Positions 61,901-64,000 of a stretch of DNA of 64,000 nucleotides are shown here, in pieces; within the stretch, counting starts at the first letter, position 1, and every line of letters begins with the position of its first letter. A program made the translations under genes and the position numbers. The notes under the pieces are model-generated. The model saw only the letters and a list, made by a program, of their open reading frames with translations. It was not told the origin of the DNA and did not search any database. The DNA is from Fimbriosthenelais zetlandica (taxonomy: Eukaryota), in assembly GCA_977030845.1 (NCBI GenBank), contig OZ365110.1:51770001-51834000 (forward strand). The letters are read 5' to 3'.

Positions 61901-64000
61901 TAGTAATTAAGTTGCTCTATATGCAATCAGTTAGTACCATTGCATCTTTCTTTGAAAAGAGTGCAACTAAAATGGCAGAAAGAACGACATGTATGGCAGC
62001 ATTTCTTCAGTGGAAAGCAGGGCCGGATCCAGTCGGAGGGGGCCTTCAAATCCAAAAAAAAAAGGAAAAGGGAAAGGAAATAAAAAGGTTAAAAAGTTGT
62101 CTACCATTGCTGCTTGCTTGTCCCAGACAAAACATGTCATTAATGTGACATCTATTTTTATGTCACGGTACTCATTATTTTCTGCAAGAAAATATCTGTA
62201 CTTATAAAAGATATATAAAACAGATTTAGGATAGAATATCCTTTTCCCATAATGATTTTAGGCAACAATTGCAATAAAAAATGCATTTAACGTGTTTAAT
62301 TGGTAAAAGATTTTTTTTAAATGCCAACGACAAAAACTTAATGACATTATTATAGGGAGCACCCCTCCTGATCAACAATATAAAGCAACCATACCGTGAC
62401 CCCACCACTACAACAACAAAAACAGTAATATGTCAAACAAAAATGCCTCCTTTCCATAATGACGTGTCATTCTCCCTCTGCTACTCCTGAAAGGTGGACA
62501 TTACCTTTCAGTTTTTCAATCCTTATCCAAGAAAAGGCGTGAATATCAAGAAATGTTCAATGATAATCGACCCCAATGCATCCTCCCCATCCTGCCACAT
62601 GCCCGCCCTCCCCCACATGCACCATTTAAAATATAGCCAAGAGAAGGTGAAAACTCGTCCAATATTCTTTTTCAAATTTCCACATTTTCCATCTATACTC
62701 CCACGTGTACTACTGTGCCATATACCTGTGTGCCCAATTATATTTCTTCCTGGATGGCTGTAAGATTTCCTGTCTGTTTTTTAACTGTCTTCTAACGAAA
62801 TTAGTCTTTTTGGCACATTTAAGGAAGTTCACTGGTAAAGTTTTTAATATAAATTCATGATCTTCTGCTTAATAACATTGAATATCATGCCCAGAGTAGC
62901 ATACATATTATCAGTAACTGCTCATTCCCTCCCTCTGTTATGCAGTTCCAATATTTTTGGGGTGGATCCAATGTGTGTTGAGCTATTGGGTATTCCAGTA
63001 TGTGTATATAGCACGGGTCATTAACATTACTTTGTAAGGTTCTACTGGTGCTCTATGCCATATTCTAAACGCTAACCTCATCAAAAGACCAAAGACCAAC
63101 TCTGGGACTGGTACCTCATTATTGCCAACCATGGCCAGAAGGAGACTAAGATAAAAAGCTTCATGAGTCATCTTTTAACACAATATTAATAGCTTCAGGC
63201 AAACCAATGTATGCACTGAAAACAGGGTCAAAACGTCCTAGAACTGTTTTAGAAGGCACGCAACAACAGTGGTGAACTTATATATATATTCTCAGAAAGG
63301 TAAGTTCAATTCAATAATTTATTTTACTTTTTCAGATTTCTTTTCTAGAAATTACTTGAATTCCTCAGTTTTAATTACACTTCGGTAGATTTCAGTTATT
63401 TGGGTTTCGATAACGGTCGCCATATTCGTGTAAATGATTTAGTGTTTAACGTTAGAAGTGTGCGCAGAGGTGTGAATAAGTGGATATGTGCAAACCATTA
63501 TCTTATGTCAAACGTGTTTCATTTAGCCTTTCGTAAAGTTATCCATTGTAAGACTGGGCCAATTATATACATACAGATATGTCCATAATAGAGACAGAAA
63601 GGGATGCACATGGGAGAGAGAAGATACATCACAAACACAAAAGATATATGATGAATAGAAAGGATAAAGTTTTCACTACGTGTGAAGTTCACGTATTCGT
63701 TATAAAAGGCATCATTATACAGTTTCTACAGACCATATAAAGCTGTCTTGTACATCGAGAAAGTGTATACAAAATGGGAACTTTGTCAAGGGGTCCCTTC
63801 TATGTGCACCAAGGGAGCTTTCTGCATGGATTACATCTTCCATAAAAAAAAACTTCCAGTCTTGTGCCTACCTAACCTTGTCTCACTGATTTGCCTAGAA
63901 AAAATGCCTGTCTGTGTTGTTTTTTCTTGATTTTTTCCTGGGGGAAGACATCCTTGAGCTAGTCTCTCCTTGGGCAGCAAATCTTGAACCCCCACCCCCA

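Noticed and set aside
1-64000. tRNA, rRNA or spliceosomal snRNA genes; intact transposase or reverse transcriptase ORFs
   Set aside because: No matching conserved motifs were seen by eye; all mobile-element traces are non-coding or decayed.

Overview
This is eukaryotic (invertebrate bilaterian-like, AT-rich, short GT-AG introns) genomic DNA, not prokaryotic; the species cannot be identified from the sequence alone. I reconstructed nine protein-coding genes by hand, checking splice sites and reading-frame phase. The first 27 kb holds three consecutive head-to-head pairs: a large low-complexity, tentatively MAP9-like gene (-, runs off the left edge) with a highly divergent SLC6/NSS-fold transporter (+); ARL3 (-) with SFXN2 (+); and C2orf42 (-) with MFSD13A/TMEM180 (+). 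The remainder is gene-sparse and repeat-rich: two convergent calmodulin-like genes, a 45-copy 31-bp intronic minisatellite, a single-exon signal peptide-LRR-mucin-stalk gene, decayed retroelement fragments and MITEs. The best candidate for undescribed biology is the SLC6 gene: a clean 14-exon, 627-aa ORF in which the Na1, Na2 and substrate-site residues are replaced, suggesting a pseudo-transporter, sensor or uncoupled carrier. Other notable items are long hairpins in the promoter upstream of it, ARL3-SFXN2-MFSD13A microsynteny shared with human 10q24, and a cluster of CTCF-like motifs. All homology calls are from memory of family motifs; no database search was run.
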